NCBI GenBank assembly: GCA_964016885.1
Contig: OZ024742.1
Location: forward strand, 272,614,001-272,678,000
Origin: Eledone cirrhosa
Lineage: Eukaryota
Length of the DNA: 64,000 bases
Direction: 5' to 3'
Positions 51,701-64,000 of the stretch are shown here, one piece after another (the stretch's first letter is position 1; each line of letters opens with the position of its first letter). Position numbers and translations under genes: made by a program. The notes beneath the pieces are model-generated. The model had not been told where the DNA came from and did not search any database. It saw only the letters and a program-made list of their open reading frames with translations.

Positions 51701-54510
51701 GAATAGAGTCCATTAGGTTTAGTAAGGCTTTAGAAATAGAGAAAAATAGAACAGAGGGAGAACTAGTTAGAAAATTAGACGAGGCGCTTAGCAAAAGCAT
51801 CGCGACCGACGTGCTTGCGGCGAAATTGGCCCTTGACCAATTCTTCAATGCAAAGCACGAAGGCTGCGTTGTCAAAGCTAGGTTGCGTGCTCTCAGACAC
51901 GAGGGGACGAAAGCCGTTCAATGGGCCCGAGTGGCGGAGGCAGGTCCAGGCAACAAAGCCACGATCCCGTATTTGGTGCACCACGACGGGCGCATGCTAC
52001 TCGATCCCGGGCAAATCTGTGAAGCTTTTCAGCGACACTTCGCTCAGCTGTTTGGGGGCAGCGGTGGGCCGGGTCGGGGGATGGAATTTAGTGTCTACCT
52101 CGACCGACTGCCGCGGCTCTCGGCCACTGAGGCGGAGTGTTGCGAAAAGCCGATAACAGCCGCAAAAGTACGGGAGGCAATTACGTGCTGCACAAGTGGG
52201 AAATCGCCTGGTTTGGATGGTCTGCCCTATGAACTTTACGTACATATGCCAGACTTGTTCGGAGGCCTCTTGGCGGACGTCTACTGCAACTGGCAACATA
52301 ACTGGAGAATTCCCAGCTCTGTGAGCCGAATAGCGGTGACGTTGCTGAGAAATGATCCGAACAAGGGGGATACCAGATAATTCCAGTCCCATAACTCTGC
52401 TAAACACAGAGTTCAAGATTTTGGCCAAGGTGCTAGCAAAGAGGCTGGCGCTTGTCGTTGTGTTCTGGTGGGAGAGGCGCAGACATGCGCCATCCCGACA
52501 GATTCATCCACGACAACCTCCAACCCATGCGAAATATCGTAGAGAAGGTAGCTAGGGAACCTGGCACGGGTGGGTCCTTGATCAATTTAGATCAGTCGAA
52601 AGGTTTCGATAGGGTCGACCATCGTTGTCTAGCGGCAGTCCTGAAGGCGGCTGGCTGTGGGCCCGTCTTCAGAGGATGAATCCCTGCCATGCACAGCGAC
52701 ATCTGCTCTGTGGTGAGAGTGAACGGTCACCTTTCAGAACCGTTCAACATCATTCGCTCGGTCCGCCAACGATGTCCCCTCTCGTGCCTCTTGTACGCAT
52801 TGACTCTCGAGCCATTACTTCAAAAACTGGAGGAGTTGAGGGGCGTCCCGCGCGAACTAGGATGCGGAAGATCCGTGTTAGCATATGCGGACGATGTCAC
52901 CGTACTGGTGTCGAACGCCAAACACATCGAGGCGATCGGCACTACACTAAGAGAATACGAAGTGGTGACAGGAGCAATGATCAACCAGGAGAAGTCAGTG
53001 GGCCTGCAGCTCAGCAGCTGGAGAGTCAGTTCCATGCCGTCCAACAGCGTTGTCGGGCGCTGGACGGACGGACCGGTTAAATTGCTAGGGGTCTGGTTCG
53101 GTCCGGACCTCCAGACGGACAAAAACTAGGACGAGGTGACGAGCAGGGTGGCTTCTCTCACCCAGAAATGGGCGGAAAGTAAGCTATCCCTGAAAGGTCG
53201 AGCGGAGGTGGCTAACGCGTACATCGTGTCCGTCATCTGCTACCGCTTGACCGTCGTACCTTGTCCTAAGCCCTGCCTGACCACTGGAGCGTTTGCTCTT
53301 TCGCTTTTTGTGGAAGGGACGCGCTCCGACGGTCAAGCTCTCCATCTGTTGTCAACACCCTCTACGTGGAGGGCTGGGCATGCCGTGGCTGATGATGCAG
53401 AGACACGCGATCAGGCTACGACATCTCCACCTCTTCCTCGACGGTGACCAGGTGTGGTCGCTGTTTGCTAGACGCGTCTTTCCCCAGCACGTTTCCTTGA
53501 CGGAGCTGCACTCCTGGGTCAAGCGAAGACCGAGAGGGAGCGCTTGGAGACTGGAATGTCTTCAGTCGCTCACAGCTTTCGACCTATCGGGCAATGTGAT
53601 CGGTGGAAACTCCACCTCGGCGTTCTATAGAGGATTAGTGGAGGGGAAGAGCGACGACGTACTTGGGGAAACTCTAGGCCTCGACGAAAATCAACTAGCC
53701 AATCTCTTCGGAAGAACTTTCGGGCCGGGGCATATGGACAACATCCACAAATTCCTGGCCTGGCAGTGCTACCGAGGAGCTCTGCCAGTAATTGATAATC
53801 TCTATTGGCATGGAGGTGCCGTCAGCCGGGCATGTCCGAGATGCGCGCAGGGCGACGAAACCGTCCTGCACGCACTCGTCCAATGTCCGAGAATTGCTGA
53901 CTTGTGGGTTTATGTCGAACACCTGCTGTCGCGTGTAGGACGGATCCGGCTATCAGCTGAGTCCATCGTGAGGATTGCACCGCCTTCTTCCTTTAGCCGG
54001 GAAGGGCGGGCAGTTTTTATCTGTCTGGTGGCCATGGCGAAAGAGATAGTATGGTGGACACGTTTGAAAGGGCTGAAGACGAGCACTTACCTTTCGGTGA
54101 TGCCCTGATTAACTTTTTTCAAATTTCATTTGAAGAGGAAAATCAGAGTAGAGAGGGAAGTGCTCTCTTCCCAGCATTTTGTTGAAAGATGGGTGAGAGA
54201 AGCAAGAATGGTCCGAGTGAATGGGCCTACTCTGAGTATGTGTCTGTAAATTAAAGGTGGAAAACTGGGAGAGGGCACTTGCCCTGGTGGTCAGTGTCAC
54301 TGTGGCCTTTTAATGGGCTTTCTCCACAAATGTCCCTCCGAAGTCTCCCCCCTATTGGGGAATTTTTCATTGTTATTTTTTATTACATCCTCTGTTTTTT
54401 TTTTTACACGCAGAAATGCCCATTTGTACCGTCCTGTATTGTCCTGTACTGTCCTTAATGTCTACTTCATGTAAACCCTTGTGGTTAATAAAGAAATTAT
54501 TATTTATTAT
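48722..54510 (+). mobile_element. Second full-length Tx1-family LINE, decayed (stops, frameshifts, small deletions), in (TTA)n
   Basis: Co-linear with 7242-13271 from end to end; (ATT)n at 48701-48721 and after the AATAAA at 54487. Confidence 0.92.
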
Positions 54511-54545
54511 TTAAGTATAAAACAAGCATTATTATTATGAGCAAC

Positions 54546-55345
54546 ATTATTATTATTATGACTCTTTGAGTCTCGGTCATTGATGTTATTTAACAGGAAA
54601 GTTTGTTTGAATGCATATGAAGCCGCTACCTGCAGCCTCACATATTCAGGACGTATCGGAGGAATCATGCCTTTTGAAGTGTTTCAAAAACGTGGGCTGG
54701 ACTAATGTTTTTTACCCATCCTCTTTGATATATTACCTAGTGCGTTACCCATAACACTTTGATATAGTACCTAGTGCTCCTAGGACAATCGGCATGACTT
54801 TGATCGCATGACAATCTCAAATCCTTTATAATTCCTACTTTAAATCCTGGTATAGGTTAATTTTCTGCTCCTTTTCTTGCACTCTCGTGTCAAAGGGGCA
54901 GGCTACATCTACAATCAGGCAGGGTAATTTTTCCTTGCCAAAAACAACCAAGTCAGGCCTATTGTGTTCTAGTTTCTTGTCTGTCAGTATCCTGAAATCC
55001 CATTGCACCTTCACATAACACCTTCACATTTTCTCTCACCGACTCTGGCTTATGTTTATACAACTTCTCAAAATGTAGTAAATTGTTTAGTTTGCATAAA
55101 TGCCAGTGGGTCACCGTGTCTATCATATCATGTCTCCAGCCTTCATAGTGAGTCTGGGCTAGGTGTTTACACTCGGATACAACGTGAGCCACAGTCTCCT
55201 CTCTCTCTTCACAGATCCTACACAGTGAGCTAGCCTCCTCTTTATCCATATGGTGTTTCACCCACTTCGTTCTGAGGGCTTGTTCTTGTGCACCCATTAG
55301 CATTACCTCTGTAGCTTTTTAAGGTCGCCTCTTTTTAACCAGATT
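54546..55345 (-). pseudogene. Decayed 3' fragment of a Dong family A-related LINE with (AAT)n tail
   Basis: AQEQALRTKW, CRICEEREETVAHVVSEC, WRHD; 3' UTR matches 7105-7180. Confidence 0.87.
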
Positions 55346-55528
55346 GAAATGCCTTCAGTATCTCAAAGTCCTCGGCCAGTCATGCGCTGCGATCCGTGGA
55401 AACTCCACCTTGCGGTTGTAGGTTAGTTGGGGGAAAGATCGACTGTGTCTTTGGAGAGACTCTCAGCGTCGATGAAAATAAACTAGCCAGACGCTTCGTG
55501 AGAACTTTTGGGCGAGGGCCCTTGGACA
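55346..55528 (+). pseudogene. Small Tx1-family ORF2 fragment
   Basis: Aligns to the ECLQ...GNST...GETL.VDEN.LA..F.RTFG.GP region. Confidence 0.7.
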
Positions 55529-55625
55529 GGTTAACTCTGCTTTTCATTCTTACGGGGTGGATAAAATAAGGCACTGGGGTAATTGCTGGACTTGTGCCAA
55601 AAGTAGAAACAAATAATATTATTTC
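55529..55625 (+). mobile_element. SINE 3' fragment
   Basis: GGTTAACT...TTTCATTCTTACGGGGT...AATTGCTGG...AAAGTAGAAACAA. Confidence 0.75.
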
Positions 55626-55639
55626 CATTATGTTTTTTA

Positions 55640-57280
55640 TTGTGCATCATTACAGCTCTCTGCGTCTTGGGTATGAACAGTTTAGTTTTTGCTGAGGTTG
55701 TTTCTATTGTATTGATAGTACTTTTCTTATTATGTGTCCAGTGCCTAGTAGTGCTATATTTTGTATGCTGTATATATTTATAAGTACTTGGCATTTTTAT
55801 CTCTACATCTTTATGTTTGAAGTGTTTCTCTATTTCCTTGGAAGAGATATTGTTGTCTGTGGGGATTGATACATGTTTTAGAAGGGATTATTTTTATGTA
55901 GTTTTGAATAGAATATGTGTCTGTATGTATTGGCATATTCCAGAGAATGCTTGCTTTGTTATTCTCTCTGACACTGTTTCTGGTGAGTGTCCGTACCATT
56001 TTTTTTCTGTAGTTATTTTATGACGCTGGCATAATTTCAAGTGTTTGAAAGTCCCTAATCTATCATGTTTGTGAATATATTATTTTTGGTTAGATCTGGG
56101 CACCCATAGTCTATATGGTGAATTGTTTCTTCCCTATCTCCATATATTCTTCAGTTACTTATTGTGCTTTGTTTCATTATGTACTTCTGGTAGATTCTGG
56201 TAGGTAGACTCTGATCCTACGCTGCAATCTTTCGATCTCAGCTTTTAGTCCAGCTTTTAGTTCAGGGCCAGTTTTGTATGTTTTCTGTGTCTAAATAATT
56301 TCTATTTTAGCATTTTGGGGTATTGGGCATGTAAGGATTTTTCTTGCCATCCTTTTAACATGGCATTCTGGAGGTCAGTTTTCAAATCACATATTATGTC
56401 TATCACAATGTCTGCTGTTTTTTTTTTCTTTGATTTCATTTTCTTCACAATTATCTGTTAGTTCAGTTTCTGATTTGAATGTTTGGCTTCCTTAAAGACA
56501 GATAACATTTTATTTTATTTTGTTCATGTTTGGTGGCTATTTGTATTAGCTTTCCTTTGTTTTATTAGTTATTTTCGTAGTCATACAGTAGTTATTTTAT
56601 AAGAGTTTTCTAGTTGCATATGTCCCTTCCACCTTGGTATGTATAATCTTTCTACGTATGTATAATCTTTCTAGGGTGTTTTTATAAGTGTTGCTACTTT
56701 ATTATCGAAAATTTTCTTTGGAAATGTTTTGGAGTGCTTGAAGTATTTCCTTCTTTATCCTATTGTTATTTTGAATTTCGTCATTAGGGGTTATTTTCTC
56801 TCTATCTTTTTTCTTCATGTGTCTATTCATTTGTATTTTCGTTTGTGTTGTCTGGAATCAGTTTTTGTTGGTTTGCACTCTGTGTATCAATTATGGTTGG
56901 GGTTTGCTCTGTTTTGTTCTTTACTTTATCTATTTGGGGTATGTCGGTTTTTACTTCACGTTTTGAATTCTCTCTATATTTATGTTCGTAAATGTTTATG
57001 TTATCATTATTTGTGTTTTGGTTATGACCTAGTTCTTTTAGTTGTTCGATTTCAGTGTCTGATATTTGTTTTGCTTTTTAATAACTCTCACCTTAAATTT
57101 GCTAGTTTATTAGTTTCAATTATTAACTCAGAATGTGGGTTGATTTTCTGCCAGATTTTATGTGTGTGTTGTTGCATATTTGATTTTAGGGTATGATGTT
57201 GCCATAAGGTACGCGTGTATGTCTGAAGCATATTCCTCAGTTGTCCATTTGAGTCTTTTTAATTTTATTAGCGGTACTTG
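55640..57280 (-). pseudogene. Highly decayed R4/Dong-type LINE (another family)
   Basis: KASILWNMPIHTD and residual RLE/C-terminal and thumb-region similarity; many stops. Confidence 0.55.
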
Positions 57281-57289
57281 AAAAGCAAC

Positions 57290-58950
57290 AAGAAAACAGC
57301 CCACTCACAACAGAAAAGTACACAGCAATAACCTTTGCACACAAAGGATTAATGGAACATATAAAACAGCACAGCGATATTTCAGGTTTAAATTACCACA
57401 CTCCACCAACACCAAGAACATTACCCCCAAAACATTACAATTTTCGGAATTAAACTAGAAGACTATACACAATTAACACAAACACGCAGTTGGGGATCTC
57501 AGAGGTTTGTTCTCCAAGAGAATCTATACAGATATCATCTTGGAGACCACCCATGACCAGCCGAAGAGACGGTTCTACTGTCCCTCTCCACACGATCAAG
57601 GCAAGTGATCTTGTCTCACTTCCCCGTTCCTCCCCCTGCCGTACTCAGAATAGGCAGTGTAAGTGTACATGGCCTGGGATCATCTTGGAAGCAGGGTCAC
57701 GTGTTAAACGACCTCAGGTCACTAAACATAGATGTGGAGGCCATCAGCGAGAACAGAATCTCCGAAGCACGAACCTACGCACCGAACTTCGGCGGCTACG
57801 ATGTATACGCATCTCACAGCCGTCCGGGATCGGGGGGCGGAGTTGCTGTGCTTTTTCAGAGAGGCTTGGATCTCGCCATACGGGCCAGGATCCAGAAGGT
57901 AAGTCGGTGGTGCTGGACGTGACAGGCAGCAAAGGCAATGCTTTCAGGCTAGTAGCTGTCTACGCTCCTCCAGGGGCAGGACGGCCAAATTTCTTCAGAC
58001 GTCTAGAGAACTTTCTTGGAACGCCCCGCTCTTTAGTGTTAGTGGCCGATTGGAACGGTATCTTAGAAGCACGCTGGAATTATGTGGGGCTAGTAAATAA
58101 GGGAGGAGGATGTAAAAGCCTCACCAACCTGCTCAGACGTTTTCAACTGTCTGACAGGTATAGACTGGATTATCCGAATGTGCCAATGTGGGCATGAGCA
58201 AACTGCATGGGGTCATCCAGATCGTATTTGATAGGGTATTCTGTAGGGAAACAGATAAGGTCAGTGTAGATAGTCCACAATTTAAAGTAGTCGACGACAC
58301 GGACCACAAATTTGTGATCTGTGAAGTTGAGTTAGATAGACTCCATAGGCAAGGGCCCGGCTACTGTAAGCTGAACGCATCGTTCCCGGCGCGCAAAGCT
58401 TTCAGAGACCGGATTACCGAATTAATTAAATGTGGATTGACGGGTGCGATCGATAACAACAGGTGTAGGTTTACCCTGAAAAGGGCTATTAGAATAGAAT
58501 CGATAAGGTTTAGCTAAGGAGAAGTGATAGAGGAAAATATAGTAGAGGGAGAGTTAGTTAGAAAGCTAGAACAGGCGTTTAGGACAGGCATCGCAACCGA
58601 CGTGGTTGGGCGAGGTTGGCATTCGACCAATTCTTGAACACAAAGCATGAAGGCTGCGTTGTCAAGGCTAGAGCGCGTGCTCTAAGACACGAGGGGACGA
58701 AAGCCATTCAATGTGGCCGGATGGTGGAGGTGCGACGTGGCAACATGTCAACAATTCGGTCTTTGCCTCATCAAAACGGGCGCATGTTGCTCGAACCCGA
58801 GTAGATGTGTGCGGCTTTTCAACAGCAATTTGCTGAATTGTTCGTGGACAAGGTTGAAAGGGTTGAAGACGGACACTTTCCTCTTCGGCCAATCCCTGAT
58901 TAACTTTTTCAAGTTTCATTTGAAGAGGAAAATCAGGGTGGAGGATAGGC
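57290..58950 (+). pseudogene. Tx1-related fragment (ORF1 end, APE domain) joined by a large deletion to the ORF2 C-terminus
   Basis: LRIGSVSVHGLGSSWKQGH, FRLVAVYAP, TDHKF; junction near 58843 to WTRLKGLKT. Confidence 0.85.
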
Positions 58951-59169
58951 ATATGAATTGTTTACAACCCCATATGAGCATGCTATTTTCTAATGAAGTG
59001 TTTGTCATAATGAAAGAATTACAGTAGTTTTTTTGTAAATTTTGAAGAAAATTCTTGCACATACTATATTATATTTTTAATTTGTTCGTAATTAGCCACT
59101 CCCATGAAATAAATACCTAAAACAATCAATTATGACAATAACAAATTTATTTTAATTATTAGTTAAACA

Positions 59170-60720
59170 AAATTTAATCTCTTTTACAAAATGACCTGTA
59201 CAACTTTTACAGCTCGCTCAGCGTAAATGTTCGAGGGTTGCATCATAATTGGACATTCTTTATTAGACCAAAATGTTCTGACGGTGTTTGCAGCCTTTTC
59301 ACACTTTGCCTTAATTAGTTGGTCAATGAGTTTCTGCTTGCTGTCAGCTCTATACAGTTGACTTGAGAACCACAGTTTCCCCACATTCCGCAGATGTATT
59401 CGGCACCAGCGCGCTGCTTCTCTCGTTCATCAGGCATCAAAATAAACCCAAGCAACAAATAAATTGCTCAGCTATTCCAACGAGCATTGTGCAAATTAGG
59501 TAATTTCTTAAAATTTATTTTAGCAAACGCACCGTTTTCAAAGAAATATTGCACGGCTATCATGAGATGCTGAAGGAAATCCATGTCACTTCTTCAGCGC
59601 GTCGGGGTTTCATTAATTTCCGTCGTTCGATTTGAAACGTTCTGCTTCAGTTCGTCATAGTTCTTTAAAATGGCCTCAACAAAGTAATAATTGATATATG
59701 GAGAAGTTGTTTTGCTACTATATAGTTGATCAAAATAAACTTTCAATGCATGGTCTAAAATGTGGTGCTGGCATCCAACATATAATGGCTTGCTGTAACC
59801 GCGACGCACGAACTCACTGTTGAGCATGGCAACAACTCCTGCTTGTTTGCCGGTATTGATACTAGTTGTTTCGGAGACTATCACCACGATAGATTCCCAC
59901 AGTTCATATTTGTCAATAACTTCTTTCAATCCATTGAAGAGCCTTTTAATCGCTTAATGCCATCGGCCTCAGGCGTATTTCTTTCTCATCATTTTTTTAT
60001 CACGACGTCTCTCATTCGTTTTCCATCAAAATGAAGGCTCCATTTTTCCCTTTTGAGTTCATTTTTCCACTTTTCCATGAGTTTCTCACCTCTGATAACT
60101 GCTTTGTGCACTGCCGACTGACTCGGGGTGCTCCCCTTAATACCACCACCTTTAAATTCGTTGCAAACTGCTGCTGCTTTTCTACTAGGTGATTTAGTAT
60201 TTCTTACTAGGTTAAAAGCATGAGTTGTGTTGTCTCATTTTCGTTTTTTTTTCTGGTGAAGGTGAAGGTTTGTAATCGCTGGTATTTGTATCGGTGTCAC
60301 TGTAACTTTCATTTGAGTCCAGATGAATGTATGAGCAGGATGGCTTATCATGATCTAGTTCTTATTTTTTATTTGTTATTCTCTTAGAAGGATGGATTTT
60401 CTTTTCACTGTCTATTTTCATTGCAGTATACCCAACCTTTCCACAACTCTCAACTTGCTTTTCATAAAATGACAAATCTTCGGCTGCTAACCATATCCCA
60501 TATATTTTGCTAATGTCAAACAGATTATTGAAATTCGCAGAACCAGGTCTTTTCACTTCTTTTTCGTTTTTTTTTTATTATTTTTTCAATTTTTCGAGGT
60601 ATTGAAAGTTTGTTGATAGTTGGAACGCTGAACTTTTCCCATAAACCTTCCCCAAAACTTTCATATTCTCCAGTAATTATCTTAATTCTTTTCTTTTGTA
60701 TTTTTCTCTTCAGCAGCAAG
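59170..60720 (-). pseudogene. Decayed DDE transposase, hAT superfamily (hATm-like)
   Basis: Ordered motifs WSLHFDGK, ETTSINTG (usually DTTxxNTG), GCQHHILD (CxxH), HNARWN, NIYAERAVK. Confidence 0.65.
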
Positions 60721-60789
60721 AGTGATATATCTATCAGCGATCGGTTGCTCAGTAGGTAGCTTGCATAATTCGATGAACCTTAAGGCCTT

Positions 60790-63125
60790 CTGCCCTCAGG
60801 GTATGGCGAAAATGTTGAGGCCACCACTCCTGTCCAACCCAGTGACTCAACCATCAAAACCAGCAGCAGGCATGGCAGTAACAACTGTAGCAGCAACGAC
60901 AACAGCAACTGTAGCTGCAACAGTAGCAAGACCAACAACACTACCGTCCACCGTGCAAGAATTAGCACCAGTGCCTCCAACATCCAACACGCAACAACCA
61001 AAACCAATGTCTGTGGAGGATTTCCTACCCCCCCCCCCCCCGACCTCTCATAACTGGAAACAGACTGTGACGATGAAGAGGAGTGGGAGACTATCTGGAA
61101 CAGAAAAGAAACCAGAAAAGAAAAAATCCTCTTCCTTCACCCCACAAAAACAAAATAAAGGTCGAAACAAACAAACTAACAGAAAAGTGAAGACAGATAC
61201 GCCACTACCCACACCAGCATTACCAGCCCCATCACTACAAACACCAACACCATCACCATTATCAACCCCAACACCACCATCATCAACAAAGCAAAAGTCA
61301 CCAACAAGTGAAACAAAAAACTTACAACAAACGCAAAAAAACAAAGCAACCAAACCAAAACACACTGCACAGAATTAAATTTGAACAACAACCAATTATG
61401 ACACTACATCCGACACAAGACCAGCATCACAGAAAACGACTATAGATCACCCCAAAAATTCACAGCAACAACACACATACAAATCACCCCTATCACACAG
61501 AAAACATACACAACACTAACATTAAAATTCCCATCGACAACGGAGACATCCGGCAAACACTTTCCAAGGGGATTTGTGAAGACATCCTTCCCGAGGGGGC
61601 AACAAACAGTCAGATGGACGGAAAAACCATCGTTCCTCCACAAGAATATAGGTAAGTGGTCTTTCCCATCTTTTTCCACTCCTTTTCAACATGACTTAAC
61701 TCCGAATAGGCAGCATAAATGCATTTGGCCTGGGGTCATCATGGAAGCAGGGCCACCTGCTCAACGGCCTCAGGTCAATAAACATAGATGTGGAAGCCAT
61801 CACAGAGACAAGAATTTCCGAGTCACATGCCTTCGCACCCAACTTCGACGGTTATGATATGTACGCATCTCCAAGCCGGCCGGGATCGGGTCGCGGAGTC
61901 GCTGTGTTTTGGAGAGGCCTGGTCTCGTAATACGGATCAACTTCCAGCACCCAGAAGGTAAGTCGGTGGTGCTGGACGTGAGGAGCAGCGAAGGGTATGC
62001 TTTTAGGTTAGTGGCTATTTATGCCCCGACAGGCAGAGGACGGCTTAATTCTTCAGGCGTCTGGAGACCTTCCTATGAACTTCCCGTTCTTTCATGTTAG
62101 TGGGGAATTGGAATGGGATCTTGAATGCACGACAGGATTGTGTTGGATTATTGGATAGGGGAGGACTGTGTAAAAGACCCACACACATCCTCAGACCTTT
62201 CCAACTGTCTGACAGGTACCGTTTCGATTTCCCGACTGTGCTAATGTGGAAATGGACAAACAGAATCGGGTCATCCAGATCATATCTAGATAGAGTATTT
62301 TGCAGGGAAATAGATTTGTCTAGCAGAGGCTGTCCACAATTCAAGATAGTCGACTACACAGACCATAAATTTATGACCTGTTTGGTTGACTTAAATAGGT
62401 GTCATAGACAGGGACCGTGTTATTGGAAGCTAAACGCCTCGTTGGCAGCGCCGAAAGCCTACAGACACCGGATTAACAAAATAGTTAAGCGGATGTTGAC
62501 GGCCTGAAAAGGGTAACAAAAATGAGTCCATATTTCTTAGTAAGGCTTTAGAAATAAAGAAAAATAGAACAGAGGGAGAACTAGTTAGCAAATTAGACGA
62601 TTCACTTAGAAAAGGCATCGCGACCGACGTGCTTGCGGTGAAATTGACACTCGACCAATTTTTCAACGCAAAGCGCGAAGGCTGAGTTGAGTTGTTTGTC
62701 GCGTGTAGGATGGATCCGGCTATCAGCTGAGTCCATCGCGAGGATTGCACCGCCATCTTCTTGTAGCCCGGAAGCATAGCTAGATGTTATCTGTCTGGTG
62801 GCCATGGCAAAAGAGATCATGTGGTGGACGCGTTTGAATGGGCTGATGACGAACACTTACCTCTTCGGTAATGCCCTGATTAACCTTTTCAAATTTCATT
62901 TGAAAAGAAATATCAGGGTAGAGAGGGAGATGATCTCTTTCAAACATGTTGTTGAAATATGGGTGAGAGAGGCAAGCATGCCCGAGTGAATGGGCCTGCT
63001 ATAAGTATGCCCGTGTGGCTTTTTTTTTTATTTTACACGCAGAAATGTATATTCGTACCGTCGTGTTACGTCCTGTGCTGTCCTTAATGTTTCTTTAATG
63101 TTAATAAAGAAAATATTATTATTAT
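60790..63125 (+). pseudogene. Tx1-related LINE relic (ORF1 C-terminus, APE, large deletion, 3' end with (ATT)n tail)
   Basis: P/T-rich ORF1 tail, ORF junction at 61652-61705, SSRSYLDRVF, deletion near 62690, AATAAAGAAAATATTATT. Confidence 0.85.
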
Positions 63126-63128
63126 AAT

Positions 63129-63298
63129 TGGATTGGCAGTATCGGTAGAGAGTCGGACAACATGCTTTGCAGCATAGAGTTACGGCCCTGTATAACCTCA
63201 GTTCAAAACCCGCCGAGGTTAACTTTGCCTTTCATCCTTACGGGGTCGATAAAATAATGTACAAGTAATGCACTAGTCAATTGCTGGCCACGTGACAA
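63129..63298 (+). mobile_element. tRNA-derived SINE directly after the LINE (ATT)n tail
   Basis: TGGCAGTATCGG, GTTCAAAACCC and family body. Confidence 0.85.
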
Positions 63299-63319
63299 AC
63301 GCTGTCCAATGGGCCCGGG

Positions 63320-64000
63320 TGGTGGAGGCGCCGGAACATAGGGGGACGTTATAGATAACTTCAGGCCCATAACTCTGTTAAACGCAGACTTCAAGATTTT
63401 GGCTAAGATGTTAGCAATGAGATTGGCGCTTGTCGTCGGTCATCTGGTGGGAGACATGCGCCAGTCCAGAGAGATCCATCCTCGACAACATCCACCTCAT
63501 GCAATACCTCATAGAGAGGGCGCTTAAGCAACCTGGCACGGGTGGGACCCTGATCAATTTGGCTTAATCTAATGTATTTGATAGGGTCTCGATGCGGCCG
63601 GGTTCGGGCCCATTTTCAAGGATTGGAGCGCTGCGATGCAACGCGACATCTGCTCAGCTCTGAAGGTGAATGGTCATCTGTCACAGCCGTTCAGCATCAT
63701 GCGCTCAGCTCGCACAATGTTGTCCCCTATTGTCCCTCTTGTACGTATTGACCCTAGAACCTTTACTGCACACATTGCAGGGGATTTGAGGCGTCGCATG
63801 CGAACTGGGATGTGGGAGATCCGTATCGGCGTACGCCGACGACGTCACCGTGTTCCTGTGAAGCACCGGATATTTCTAGGTGCTCGGCACCGATCGCAGG
63901 GAGTATGAAGCAGTGACAGGAGCTAAGTTAAACCAGAAAATGTCATTGGGCTTGCAGGTCGTCACCTGGAGAGGCAAGTCCATGCCGTCCGACAGCATCG
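63320..64000 (+). pseudogene. Tx1-family RT fragment running off the window end
   Basis: DNFRPITLLNADFKILAK, DICSALKVNGHLS, SAYADDVT (GCGTACGCCGACGACGTCACC). Confidence 0.85.

Overview
AT-rich, microsatellite-dense eukaryotic DNA with no recognisable host gene; nearly all of it is transposon-derived. The SINE family and repeat landscape suggest a cephalopod such as Octopus (inference only). The window holds: (1) an apparently intact full-length L1/Tx1-clade LINE on the minus strand (7242-13271; ORF1 with CCHC knuckle, ORF2 APE-RT-Zn finger), one decayed full-length copy and five decayed fragments; (2) several R4/Dong-type LINEs (RT plus restriction-like endonuclease) tied to (TAA)n repeats; (3) three Penelope-like elements (RT plus GIY-YIG), two with inverted pseudo-LTRs carrying minimal hammerhead ribozyme (HHR) motifs; (4) tRNA-derived SINEs, Helitron-like ends and a hAT-type transposase relic. 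The most notable observations are a non-coding ~452-nt tandem repeat with an intact HHR per unit (retrozyme-like, 39137-40162), a conserved 52-53-nt GT-AG intron-like spacer whose removal would fuse the Tx1 ORF1 and ORF2 in frame, and two independent Dong/Tx1/Dong stacks built on opposite strands of (TAA)n microsatellites. Boundaries of decayed elements are approximate, and all alignments were done by eye.
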